64,000 nucleotides of DNA from assembly GCA_951406725.2 (NCBI GenBank), contig OX597833.1, forward strand, positions 34,286,001 through 34,350,000, written 5' to 3'. This stretch comes from Octopus vulgaris (Eukaryota). The notes under the pieces are model-generated. The model was not told the DNA's origin. It saw only the letters and a list, made by a program, of their open reading frames with translations, and did no database searches. Below are positions 50,230 through 63,042 of the stretch, piece after piece. The translations under genes were made by a program, and so were the position numbers. How positions within the stretch are numbered: position 1 is the first letter of the stretch; every line of letters begins with the position of its first letter.

Positions 50230-51375
50230 GAAATCCACTCCATAGATATTAAAACCCACAAGATTTTAACATCAACTGGAAATCTCTACAAAAATAGTGA
50301 TATTGACAGGCTCTACCTAAGAAGAGATAAATGAGGTAGAGGCTTGAGATGAGTGCAGACAGCCTTTGAATGTCGCATAGTCTCTCTCAGACAGCACTTG
50401 CTAGACAACAACAGTAGAAATAAATACATTAACAGTGGTGGAAACAGAAGAAAACTATATCCTGTGTGTTGGAAGTGAGCTCCTCAGGAATTATTCTTTT
50501 CCTGATGACCTCCCATACAATCCCAAATCAGCCAGACAAGCATACCTCAAAGAAGACCTGGAAGTGAAACACTCAGCATACCAAAAAAAAAAAAGACCTT
50601 GCATGGGTATGTTTCTCAAAGACTTGAAGATAGTAACATTGACATGAAGTGAAGCCTCTCTTAGACTCATGACTGCTCTGTCACATCACACTTTGAAGGC
50701 TATGCATTTGCAATCCAAGGACAGGAGATTGTAACTAAATACGTAATGAGCAAAAGAGACAGTGAAGCCCTTGGAGTTCCAAGATGCAACCAAAAATGTA
50801 GATTATGTCATTTATCTGAGGAAGACATCACACATGTAATTAACAGCTGTCCAAAAATGTCATGAAGATACTACCTCCCTATACGACATGATGTTGTCAC
50901 AAAAACAATATACAATGCCATTTGGAAAAAAGATTGTCCTGGAATATAAAGAATTCCCCTGTTATTGAATACATACATAAATATTAGCACAAGGAATACT
51001 GGTGGAACATTCCCATAAAAACATCTGTCAAATGTAAGTATAATAGTCTGGATATTGTTGTTTGGGACAAAAAAGAAAAAAGTATGTACCATCATAGAGA
51101 TCAGCTGTCCTGCAGATGTGAATATCACTTTGAAAAAAGAAAATAACTATGGACAACTTCTTTGAAACCTCTAGCTTCTATATCTGGATTACAAATTTAC
51201 ATTTACACCAATAAATAATTGGAGTACTTGGTTTTGTAAGTAAATGCCTAACTATTAGTTTGGATAAGCTTGGATTTTCAGAAAAAGGAAATCAACCAAC
51301 TGATTCATACATTACAAATACAATCTGTGAGTAGAACAGTAAAACTTTGCAAGACTTTTCTCAGGTTTAAAATGT
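50230..51375 (+). mobile_element. R4/Dong-like LINE C-terminal relic (CCHC knuckle plus restriction-like endonuclease)
   Basis: DIDRLYL...GRGL; FAIQGQEI; CRLCHLSEEDITHVINSCP; RHD; LDIVVWDK...IIEISCPAD. Confidence 0.75.
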
Positions 51376-52524
51376 GACATTGTTTTCGTTATCTACATTC
51401 CAAATATGGAGCTTTGTATCTTTGTTAGAAACCAGGTCCTTCTTCAGAGGAAAAATTTAAATGATTGAAAGCAGAAAAGACACATACATATGACTGGCTT
51501 CCTTCAGTTTCTGCCAACCAAATACATTCATATGGCTTTAGTCAGCCTGGGACTATAATAGAAGATACTTGCCCAAGGTGTCACAAAGTGGGATGGAACT
51601 AATGCTTGGCAACCAATGCTGGTTTATTTATGTCCCCATAACTTAGTAGTTCAGCTTAAAAAAACTGACAGAACAGGTACCAGGCTTAGAAAAAAAGTAC
51701 TGTTCGACTTACTCCTTCAAGGCTGTGACCCAGCATGGGCGTAGTTTAATGATGGAAACAAGTAAAAGATAGAGAATTAATTGAAATTTCCTGTTACTTA
51801 CTAGTTTCTCTCAAAGGAAAGAAGATATAATCTCGAGAAATTAAGAATCTCTTATGATAAAAGGCAGATTTTCTCTGCCCCCCAAACCGTTCGTTTTTTA
51901 TACAATTCTACAATATAGAATTTCTTCAATTGGAATTTACCTATCATTTTTACAAGTAGATTCCATTGGGTCATGGCATGTAAAGTTTTTTCAATTTCAC
52001 CCCCAATTAAGCAAAAATTCGAGAAAACTCAATATTTTACGATTTCCTTCTTTCATTTCAAGTGCTTCACTCCTACCATTACCACTACACTTTCTCCTCA
52101 ATTAAAGTGAAAGTATTTATATAAAAGGGATGAGCAATTAATACTGGTCATCCTTTTTGCTAGAGGAAGATCCGCTATGGTCTTATATGCTACACCATTG
52201 GTTTTCAATTCATATTAATCAAATTAATATTCAAATTTTCACCCTTATTATGTGTGTGTGTATTAGCAATTCGTATACAATTGCATCAATGATTTGAACT
52301 TGAATAAGTGGTTTCACATAAATGGGGATACATTAAAAAGGTTTGTTGTTATTATTATTACTGTTTGACTATTGTAATCACTTTGTTGGTTCCTCGTCAG
52401 GAAAACGTTGTTGTGTTGCATTTGTTAAATAATTGTAAACCGTAACCCTCCCCCTTTCGGAGAAGGGGCTTTGGTTATTGTTTTAAAATTGAATTGTGTC
52501 CCTGTTTGGGGAAATTGACAATAT

Positions 52525-53666
52525 TGTTACGAGGGGGGACCTCCGATTCGAACTGTTACGGAATCCCTCACACCCAGGCCCGTTCGATGCAGCGAATGTT
52601 TTCGCCACGGAAACTCGGAGAGGAGAGAGAGCAGAGATACAACAACAACAACAGCAGCAGCACGAAGAGATACAGGGGCAAACGAGAGAGACACAAAGAG
52701 GCAAGGCACAACTGGCTTACATTTAACAACTAGTTTATATGACAATCAATTGTTACAACATCAAATACATATCAGGTACATTTAAAAGAGGGCATGCACG
52801 TAACAACTCAATACATCATACAGGTATACCACAGATCAAAGTATTTAAACATGCAGATACAATATAACCATCCGGTAACCACACATCAAGTTCAATACAT
52901 CAGCATTTCAAGACACAGTTTTATTTCAAAACACATTAAAGGCATATACAGTTCGAAGGACATTAAAGGCCTAACAGTTCAATGTTCATTATACAATGTT
53001 CAAATCACAACACTGTACACAATGTCCTTACACATTTCACATAGTTCTTTTCACTGTCTCATTTCTTTTCACTGTTCAATACATCGATTCCTTGTCCTTC
53101 TTTTTCTTCACATATCAATACACAATTCACGTACCTTACATTAGCCAACGCCTCATATTGTACCTCATCTCCATCGCCGCCTATTCCTCTGTATATATCT
53201 CTCTCTGTCCCAATACTCCAAGACCGCCGACTGCTTAAATTCCAACCGCTCGCCTCGACTCCCAAAAACCGACTGCCCGCTTTGACGACCGAATACCGAC
53301 TGTCTCTATCACTACCCTCAATCTGTCTCTGCACACTAATATCCTCTCTATCTGCTCTCAGCCCTATCTGCCTATCTATATCGACGCTGTCACTGTCATT
53401 CTCTCATGACAGCTCTCAGATCCCTTACTCTGTCTTTCTCGCTACTTTCTTCTTCCTCTTCTTCACTGTCACTAGATTCTTCCTTACTCTATCTTCCTCG
53501 GCCCTCACATCTCTCTGACCCCTAATCGACCGGCACAAGGCCAAAGGTCCCTCCAAAAGCCATTACTCTTCCAGTAAACAAAGGGCTGTAGCTTTTTATT
53601 CCAGACTTTCCGTCTACACTCTCAACAAAGTAGGTCAAGAAATACTGTACTAGCCGAACCACAACA
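52525..53666. mobile_element. Solo LTR (1142 bp), Gypsy-type
   Basis: TGTT...AACA termini with 4-bp TSD ATAT (52521-24, 53667-70); CpG-rich; no coding capacity. Confidence 0.75.
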
Positions 53667-54129
53667 ATATTTTCACCGTCTTTACGGAAGCATTTTTGTT
53701 AAAATGCCTTCGATAGAAGAAAGTCCAAAAATGAATTTCGCTGCAGCCGTACACTTCTATACAAGAGGAAGGACAAGATCCAATTGATCGAAATTGCAAG
53801 AGACGGGCCTACAATTCCAGTCTGTTATATATTTTGAGTATTGTTATCACTAGCGATATCAAGATATAACTTTCTATTTTGTATTTTATGTGTAGATGTA
53901 TATACATATATAGATGTACATGTAATATGTACACATATATATATATACACATATATACATGCATAATATATTTACCCATACACACACACGTACACACACA
54001 CACATACATAGGGGCAGGTGTGGTTGTGTGGTAACAAACTACGTTCGAAGATACTGTACTTGATATGGGCGGTAGTGCCTTGCCGGTCTATGGCCTACCT
54101 TCAACAAACCGGGAAGGCACAAACACTGT

Positions 54130-55253
54130 CTTCACATTTGCTGCGTGAGACATGTTTTAATGTTGACGAGCTTGCCGAGTACATAGCCGACAATGAGCCA
54201 AAGCTCCTTCCAGAACAGAAGTTCGCTTACAACTCCGTTGTTAATTCAGTCCGGGTCAAAGCTGTAGGGATATTTTTCCTGGACGCTCCTGGGGGCACTG
54301 GGAAAACTTTTCTCAACAAATTAATATTGGCTGAGATTAGGCGAACACAAGGCATTGCCCTAGCTGTGGCATCATCTGGAATTGCGGCTACTTTGTTGCC
54401 AGGCGGCAGGACAGCTCACTCCACTTTCAAGCTTCCGCTTGACTTAGCGAAGACTGAGACACCAACTTGCAACATCAGTAACAGCTCCGATCAGGCAGAA
54501 GTCTTCAGACGATGCAAGCTTATCGTTTGGGATGAATGCACGATGGCCCACAGAGGTGCTCTTGAGGCACTAGATAGATCTCTCAGAGACATCAAACACT
54601 CTTCAGCTCCCATGGGAGGCATAACACTTCTTCTTTCAGGGGACTTCCGACAAACACTTCCCGTTATTCCCAAAGGGACTAGAACTGATGCAGTAAGTGC
54701 GTGTCTTAAATCATCCACATTGTGGCCACTGGTGAAGACTCTCAAACTTCACACCAATATGCGTGCTCATATGCGACGTAATATCACATCAGCAGCATTT
54801 TCTCACACCCTCCTTGCACTTGGCGAAGGCAAAATACCAGGGGATGAAAATGGTAATATTGCCATCGATTCCATTTGTACCATTGTTAAAACGCCTTCTG
54901 ATCTCAGAGATGCAGTGTTCCCAGATCTACAAGCTAATTATCAGAATATGGATTGGATTGGCCAAAGGGCTATTCTGGCCCCGAGGAATAAAACTGTTCA
55001 CCATATTAATGATGAAATGCTAAAACTCATTCCTGGGGATGTCTATGTGTATAAGTCTATCGATACAACTCCTGACCCAGAGGACGTCATCAACTATCCA
55101 ATAGAGGTACTCAATTCCTTTGAGCCCCCGGACTACCACCACACATTCTCAAACTTAAAGTTGGTGCCCCTATAATGCTCATTAGAAATTTGGTTCCCCC
55201 AAAACAATGCAATGGCACACGTTTGATCGTTAAGTCCTTATCTCCCACCGTAA
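54130..55253 (+). pseudogene. Helitron RepHel PIF1-family helicase fragment
   Basis: DAPGGTGKTF, ASSGIAATLLPGGRTAHS, IVWDECTM, GDFRQTLPV, TNMR, ILAPRN; frameshift ~55130, then [21 protein letters not shown]...CNGTRL; terminal helicase motifs absent. Confidence 0.9.
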
Positions 55254-55799
55254 ACTTATATCAATATTTGCCTGAATAATCATCATAATTCAGTGCAATC
55301 ATTAACAGTACTTTCAAGCAATTCAGCCCCGAGCATCGCCGGGCAATTCTGCTAGTTATTTAAATAAAATTAATCAACATGTTTAAGAGGAAATCTGATC
55401 TTTTTAGACAAAGGAACAACTTTAAATGTTTCCATCTCAGTGGACTTCATCAGCATAGCATGGTCTACTCAAGCCAGACCTGATATATTAGCAATAGTTT
55501 TATTTATTTATTTATTTATTTCTATACAGAAACATTAAGTTGCCTGGGGGAAGGAGCTGAGATTATCTTCTCGAGTAACATTCGTGTACTTTATAAATAA
55601 ATACCTTTTTGTCATATTTTCTGTAATAATTGGAGTAATTTCCACAAACCACACTAAGAAGCAATACTTTAATGTAATCACAGCAATCGCCATAAAGATA
55701 TTTTTGTAGGTCACCAGGAGTGATTAATCTTAAAGTAATTCGTCCATTGGTATTTGTGCGAACGAAATGCTTAAACATTTATAACTAATAGGTGGGTAT

Positions 55800-55990
55800 G
55801 AGACGAGAGAGAAAGAGAGAGAGAGAGAGAGGGGCTAACGAACAGACGTGAGAGAGAGGGTAAAGAACTAACGAGAGAGAGAGGGAGAGAGAGAGGGAGA
55901 GAGAGAAGGAGAAAGAGAGGGAGAGAGAGGAAGACAGAGAAGGAGAAAGAGAGGGAGAGAGAAGGAGAGAGAGAGAGAGAGAGAGAAGGG
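55800..55990. repeat. (GA)n-rich purine tract upstream of the Na,K-ATPase beta gene
   Basis: Direct inspection. Confidence 0.85.
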
Positions 55991-56045
55991 TGGTGAACAA
56001 ACGGAATATAAAAAGTCATTAGAAGGGAGGATATTCAAACAGTTT

Positions 56046-56255
56046 CACGTGTAGTCGATCAACTTTGTAAAGTGAACTAAGTTTTAATTTTTGTTAACAA
56101 CTTCAATCACCTGCGTTCTTTTTAAGTGCGCGTTATGTTCTGTTTTGCTGGTCAGAATAAGTGATTAAGGAAATAAGTACACCTGTAATCCGGAAGACAC
56201 CTGTCAGGTAAAACAGCGCCATTGACGCACCTGAAATTACCTTGACAAAATGGCG
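56046..56255 (+). promoter_or_regulatory. Candidate proximal promoter/5' UTR with E-box cluster
   Basis: CACGTG 56046; CACCTG at 56108, 56180, 56198, 56228; CAGGTA 56205; CCGGAAG 56190; CAAAATGGCG over the ATG. Confidence 0.5.
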
Positions 56256-56669
56256 TCACGTACAAGTTCAGACGTAGACACAGTTACCACTGTTCCTAGC
56301 CGAACGACTTTCCACGATCGCTCTGTATCTCTATCAAATTTCTTGCACAACTCAAGAGAAGGTACATTTTTCTACAAAACTCCTGCCAGATGGTGTAAGC
56401 TCATCGGCTTTTATTTCATATTTTATTCAGCTCTCTTTTGTTTCACAGCAGGGCTATTGGCCGCTGTTTACAATATCTTAGATTGGAATTATCCCAGTAT
56501 GAGAGGGCCAGAAAGCATTTTTCGGGGCAATCCTGGTTTGTCTTTTCGACCAAACCCTGACTACGATTCAACTTTGATCAGATATGTGAAGGGAGACGGT
56601 CCAACAACTCGTAAATACATTGATCATCTCGAGGCCTATATTCGATTTTATGAAAATAAAAATCAGATT
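56250..56669 (+). CDS. ATP1B: Na+/K+-ATPase beta subunit, first coding exon (140 aa); remaining exons not identified in window
   Basis: FLHNSREGTFFYKTPARWCKLIGFYFIFY (cf. [29 protein letters not shown]), single TM, PGLSFRP, LIRY...YIDHLEAYIRFY; phase-0 donor GTAAGT at 56670. Confidence 0.9.
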
Positions 56670-58216
56670 GTAAGTATATTTAATCATTATATTTCTAACA
56701 TTTCCATAAATATTTCTCATAAGTTCCCACTTTAGATTTCGGAACTCCTCACATTTCCTCAATGCAATTTAAAACTGTTTCTCACCTGTTTATTTTGATA
56801 TCCCTTCTTACCCTACTTTACTCGTAAAGCTTTGTTAACTTCCTTTCCTCTAAAAATTCATACCAAACATTCTTTTGTATTAATATGTACTACATATATA
56901 TGACAAGGCATAAATAATGGTCATTAAATATTTTCCTTGTCTTATAATCAATCTGTATAAAAACTAGTATAACTGGAACACAACTAAGGAATTACAATAT
57001 AGAATGGTGATGAACTATAACCTCGGACCCTGCCACAAGAATACACGGAGTTCTTTACTAATAATCTAAACTATCTTGTTAGCTTGGTGTTCTAACAGAG
57101 TTTATAACGTATTTTGTCCGGATAGATAATCCCTAACTAATAACTGTTATATATATATAAAATTTGTAGCTGTGGTTTTAAAATACCATTGTAAAATGCA
57201 TTCTATTACTGTTTACTATTTTGGGGGTAATATATTAAATTATATAGTTAAATTTTAACTTGCTCCTTTACTTCCGTTTTGGTTCCAGTAAACTAAGTGG
57301 AAATTGATGTTCCAGTTGTCAGTGCTCTTAATTTGTTGTTCGAAACCTCGTTTAATATTCCCTCAGTGATTATATACGACTATATATATAATATTTCTTA
57401 AGAAAAGGTTATACATTTTAATTGTTGACAGTGTGGTACAAGTTTCCATTGCGCAAATCTTCTGCAAGTTTGATTGCTAAACTGTTTTCCGTTAAGCTGA
57501 AGATCTATTTTAAAAAATCCCGTTACCACTATAATCATTGCACATCGTTTTTGTATTTGGTACGCAAGATTCTTGTTGTGAATTCGTGTGGTGAAACAAA
57601 CTTTGTTGTCTTGAGAATCTATGCGTGTTGTTATTATTGGTGTAATGACTTGCCCAAGACATCATTGCAAATTTGTATTATTTATATTATTCTTTTGCAT
57701 GTGTGCTTTAAACACAATGTATTTGTTGTAGTAATAGTCATTTTTTTTTTACCCCATATATCTTTGTTTCTGCCGAATATGTTGTAAAGATAATACTCTT
57801 TTGAATTTACAGACCAGGGAGATTGGAGGGTGAACTATACAGGGTATCATTCATTTTAAATAGTTATTCTCCTCTACTGCGCCCACTCTCTACCCTGCTC
57901 TACAAATGCCATCGCCATTCTTTTGTGCTTCTCTTTTCTTGTCCTCTTTAGTAGACATTCTTGTACACAGTGAAGCTCATGGTTTTATATTGAGGTTCCT
58001 TACTCCCTGGTGAATTTGACTAAATGAGCTAAATGAGAAAGGAATCCCTTCAAGAGTGACCGCTATGATAGAGGTAATTATCCAGAATAGTATTTTCTCT
58101 TATTCATGTGAATAAGTTCCCATAAGTGCTCATGTGCTGTGGTTATTCAACCTCAAGTCGACCCTGATCCAGCTGACCTATGAACCATGTCCAGCAAGTC
58201 TAGCAACAATGTAGAA

Positions 58217-58455
58217 CAGTGGTTCTCAACCAGGGCCCATATGTCTATAAGGTTTTATTGTTAAAATTTATGTACAATGAATTACTTATACAATACTCAA
58301 AATATTTTAAGAATTTTCTTATATAATTCCTAGTAATATGTAATTAAAGAAATATAATAGGATTTTTTAAACATGGCATAACTGTGAGAGTCCATCCAAG
58401 ATAGATTGGAATCAAAAGGATCCTTAGGTAAAATATGATTAAAAAACCCAAATGC
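58217..58455. mobile_element. hAT-type MITE (related element ~17040-17340)
   Basis: CAGTGGTTCTCAACC start and degenerate ...gattaaaaaacccaaatg end. Confidence 0.5.
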
Positions 58456-60099
58456 AGAGGCTCTTCCTTTTGTCTCATATGTGTAAGCAGGTCTCTTAGT
58501 CATGCAGCAAGAAAAAGGGCTGAGTAACGGGAGGGGGGGGTCTAACAAAACTAGTAATGATGTACGTTAACTCAAAGGCTGCTTTAAGGGTTAAAGGTAA
58601 ATTATTGTTGGGAATAAGAGATGTCCATAAAAGAAAGGATATGTTCATAGCCTGTTTTGAGAAAAACCATTATGGAAAGATATAAGAACGGCAGAATGTC
58701 AAATGTCTTGTATATTAGTTACTCATTCTGAGTTCGAATTTTATCAAGGTTGATTTACCTTCCTTCCTTTCTTGATGTTGATAAAATAAATATCTATATA
58801 ACTTACTGTTTCTTAGTTACAAATGTGCAGTATTGTACATAAAGCAGAAGTCTGACTTTTTGAAATATTGGGTGTTATTCATTGCAAAAAATATGAGTGG
58901 ATGGGGTGGGAGGCACAATGAATAAGCTTTACTGCATTTTTGACTTCAAAAATAAATATTTTTTACAAATGTTCACTATCTTACAAAAATTGTATCAGCT
59001 ATGCAAATGACCTTTTCTAAATGCATCAAAAATACTATAAATGTAATCTGAATCTGATTTCAGAAAATTATCTCTGTCCTCTTTGAGCATATAAAAGACA
59101 TTTAGCTGGGGGAAAAAAATGAATGACAAGATAAAGCAAATTTGTCTCTTCGATTCTCCAGAATTGCATTTGGAAAAAGACTCATACACATCAATGTCCA
59201 TCCTTAGACATCAGAAAGGTCAGAAATGCAACAACTATTTTAAATATCTGGTCAAATTTCTGAAAGAGTATTATGGAAAAATGGCACATATGAAATTAAC
59301 AAAACTTGACCAAATCTAAAATCTCAACATAAAATATTCTTTGTAGCTTCTTCCTTATCTGCTGGAGTGGCTCTCGTCTGATGTCCCATGCAGTTAAAGC
59401 AAAGGAATTATTGAAATTAGTCATTACTCATTTTGCCCCAGTTTAGACATCACTTTTTGAAAATTATCAAATTAGACATTAGTGTGGAAAAAAAATTGAC
59501 TTGAAATCCAATAGAGAAAATAATATTAATTGTTAAACACCAATTGTATAGGTATGCCATGGCATACTATATAACACCATGTGTGCCCCCACTTTTTTAC
59601 GAAATTAGTGGTATGTGAACTAAGGAAATTTGGGTGCTGTTTCTAGAAGGTTTGTACTCCTGTAGACTGGTCATAGAAATTTGATGAGCTCTTCCCTCCC
59701 CTACTCTCACATGGCTGCACTTAAATAAACAGGGTTGTCCAGTGTTACTCAGTAACAAGTTCATTGAATATGATACCTTGGAAATCTATCACTAGTATAT
59801 GAAAGATTATTAACAGGATGCAAACAACAAACTAAGCAAGTTCTATCCAAATGGAATCCTGTCAAAAGCCAACATTAATGTGAGAGAATGTTGGGTGCTT
59901 CTTCATTTCCAGGAACCCAAAATGTTTTCCTGTAAAAAGAAACTTAAGAAATGAAAGTAAAATCCAGTGTGACAGTCTCATTTAAATTGGATCCACCAAA
60001 TATTTTGTGATTACATTGATAATGTAAACAAAACATAATTATAAATTAACAAAGTGCATCAAATGCTGAAAGAAGGTAGTTAAAACAACAGCAAATACA

Positions 60100-61780
60100 T
60101 GAAATACAATTACTTTACTGTAAAAGGTTAACTGGGTGGAAGATGATCCTGAGGTCAGCCTTCACCCCTTTGTCCTGTATCTTACTAGGTCTACTTCTTC
60201 CACAGCTTCCATCTATTTTGAGTGTCCTGTACTGCTTTATACTGATGTTTATCCTCCATATACATCACATGCACATATAAGTACAGTCTTCTCTCTTGTG
60301 CACTACATCTGATACCTCTTATATTTAGTTTTTTCTCTCAATACACTTGTTCTCCAGCAGATCATGCTTGCTTCTTTTCTTTTTAATCTTACAAATCCTC
60401 TTCATTCAAGTCTTGCTCTTATGCAACATTGCATTCTGTTTACAATCTAAAGAGCTACTATCATGCTGAAACCTTTTATTACTAGCAGAGATAATAGCTC
60501 TTTGAACTTTTACTAATCAGTTTTTATTCTGGCTGCTATGCTTTCAGGACATCCATCTCCATAGCTAATTGCTTCTTGGGTGCTGTTCAAGCATTTGAAA
60601 GAATTTGTTTTAAGTTGTTAGATGCACCTGTACATCTACCACGTATGAAGTCTATCTTCCCAATTAGCCTGCCTATAATCACTCTTTATGTCTTGTGTAG
60701 CTATAGTTTAAACTGGGTGCACCATATGAAAATTCTGCTTCCTTTTCTACATATCAAGCACAGCATTTTTTCCCTTATGATATCCCAGTAACTAAAATGT
60801 TAGCCTTATACAAGTTTATTTTGAAGTCTCTTCATTCTAGATTTTGCTTCCATGTCTGAAATTAGATCTTCAACAGATTCAGTTATAAGAAGTAGATTAT
60901 CAGCTTACAAGAGTTCCCACAGGCAACCTGGTTTAAAAAAGCTCTATCATGGCCTGAAGATGGCTAAAGACTGAGTCCTGGTGAACCTCTACATGCGTAC
61001 TAAACTCATCATTGAATTCATTGCTAACCACATTTGTATTCATGGCTTGTGCAGCTCACACAAACCATTTATCTACTTGTAATTCTAAGTATAGGGGTTT
61101 CTTCCTAGCTCAATACTTCTTTCAGTTGTCTTGCAAAGAGGGTATCTGTAGCAACTGTTTCAGTAACTTTTATATGATGCTTCTGTAGTTGCCTTTCTTT
61201 AATGCATTTCCTTTGCTCAAATACCAGTTGATGCTGCTGCTTCTCTAGTCACTGGGTATACACCTTCCAGTTCAACCTGATTGACTAAGCACATAACTAA
61301 TGCAAGAGCCACTTTTAAATATTTTCAGCTTATCAAAGACGATATCTGAAGTTCAGCTACCTTCATAAAATTAATTGCTCTATTTTCCATACTGCTATCA
61401 ACTTGGTTGGCTGGTTCTTCTATTGGGTATATTGGGTAGATTTATGCTCTCTTGTGCTTTCTTCTCATTGAACAGTTTCTTATAATAGCACTGGATGTAC
61501 ATGCATATGTCAATGAAAGATTTCCACTTGTTGAAAGCCTTGTCGTCTATCTGCCAGATCTTTCTCCACAGTCTTCAACCAGATTTTGACAGTTATACCT
61601 CGTCTACGTTCTACCCATCACTGGTTTCCACTTAGGAATTTCTTTGTGGATATGCATAGCATGTGGCCAAACATCATCCACAGTCTTACAGCAATGGTAT
61701 CTTGTAGGTTATTCAGTCCAAAGGACACATTGTTGTATCAGTATCAACAATAAGAGTATAAAAATAGTTTGACTTCATCA
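60100..61780 (-). mobile_element. Highly degraded RTE LINE
   Basis: Recognisable similarity to the 3633 and 17497 elements (e.g. ctctcttgtgcactacatctgatacctct, ttgtgtagctatag, ctaatgttag...tctag). Confidence 0.6.
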
Positions 61781-62648
61781 CAAAGTTATATCAGAGATGT
61801 ATACTGTCCCTTCCTTGTTCTTGCTGGTTGTGGATTCCATTATATGTCCATGGGAAATCCAGTATACAGCATCAAGACTGTGTGTGTGTGAGTGTGCGTT
61901 TGTATTTGGTGGTAAAAATAAGTATATCAAAAGAAAATACCCAGTAGTATTGAGTTGCATTTTTGTTGCTACCCCTTGCACTCAGTTGACTTCACCTTTT
62001 GTCCTCCTCCTCCTCCAAGTTGGTTATAATAAGCACTAGACAAAATACTGGAATCCATATACTCACCCAAAACCCAAATGATAGTGCCCCAGCATGGCAT
62101 CAGTCCATGAGACTATAAAAAAGGAAAATTCTCATAGTTAGAATGCTTTTGACATTATAAGCATGATAATCTTGGTGACCTGAGGTTAAACCAAGGCAGC
62201 AAGGAGTGGAACTTAATTTTAACTGCTGGCTAGAAAAGCAAAATACTTTGTATAAAAGTGGGATCTCTAAAAAATTGATTTAACATTCGTTAACTAAGGA
62301 TAATATTCTGTCCTGGTTGTAGGTTTTTAAACTAGTACGTTTGGCTCAAGCAGCTTAACTATTCTGTAATTAGTTTCAAGTTTTGGTACAAGGTCAGCAA
62401 GTTTGAGGAGGGGGGCAAATCAATTGCATTAACCCCAGTGCACAACTGGTACTTATTTTATTAACCGCAAAAAGTTGAAAGGTTAAGTCAGCCTCAGCAG
62501 AATCTGAACTCAGAATGCAATGGTGGACAAAATACCATTAAGCTTTTTGCCCAATGTGCTAACAATTCTGCCAGTTCACCACCTTTAACTTTTCTGTAAA
62601 TGACATGATTTTTTTTCTAGCTAATCTACTGAGATTTAGTTTGTGATA

Positions 62649-63042
62649 TCTTTGTATATAAAAGAAAGGTTGTGTGTCTGTCTACTCCGATTTAGATTCC
62701 TAACTACTCCCACATTTTGCGGTGCAGTTTAACCAAAACCGGGTATCTTATAGTCGTGATTCATATCAAGCCCTTCTGGGTATTAGCGCGTGTCTACGAG
62801 GAGTCTACGATTTTAAAAATAATTTACCATCATTTTTTTTCCATTTTAATGCATATTTTTTAAATATAAGGGAAGTAACTCTCTAAAAATGTCTATGATG
62901 AGTCAACGATTTAAAAAAAAATTTACCATAATTTTTTTTCCATTTTTAATGCATTTTTTGCTATTTTTTGGCTATAACTCTCTAAAAATGCTTTATAGTT
63001 ATTTCCCTTACAAACCCGAGCAACGCCGGGCGATACTGCTAG
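62649..63042 (+). mobile_element. Complete short non-autonomous Helitron (394 bp)
   Basis: A|TCTTTGTATATAAAAG ... CCCGAGCAACGCCGGG-N8-CTAG|T, inserted in AT with no TSD; internal ~90-bp duplication. Confidence 0.85.

Larger units (their letters stand above)
51848..55355 (+). mobile_element. Internally deleted Helitron carrying a PIF1-type helicase fragment, with nested solo LTR
   Basis: Putative 5' A|TCTCTTATGATAAAAGGCAG (51848, less certain); 3' CCCGAGCATCGCCGGG-N8-CTAG|T (55355); helicase fragment inside. Confidence 0.7.

Noticed and set aside
54018-55175. Host PIF1 helicase gene
   Set aside because: Frameshifted, truncated, intronless and followed by a Helitron hairpin-CTAG end; the ORF start derives from a SINE head
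56670-56735. C-terminal VSIFNHY...KFPL of the 161-aa ORF
   Set aside because: Read-through into the intron past a consensus GTAAGT donor
57790-57850. Possible exon 2 of the Na,K-ATPase beta gene after tttacag
   Set aside because: Phase-0 reading gives TREIGG then stop, with none of the expected ectodomain cysteines
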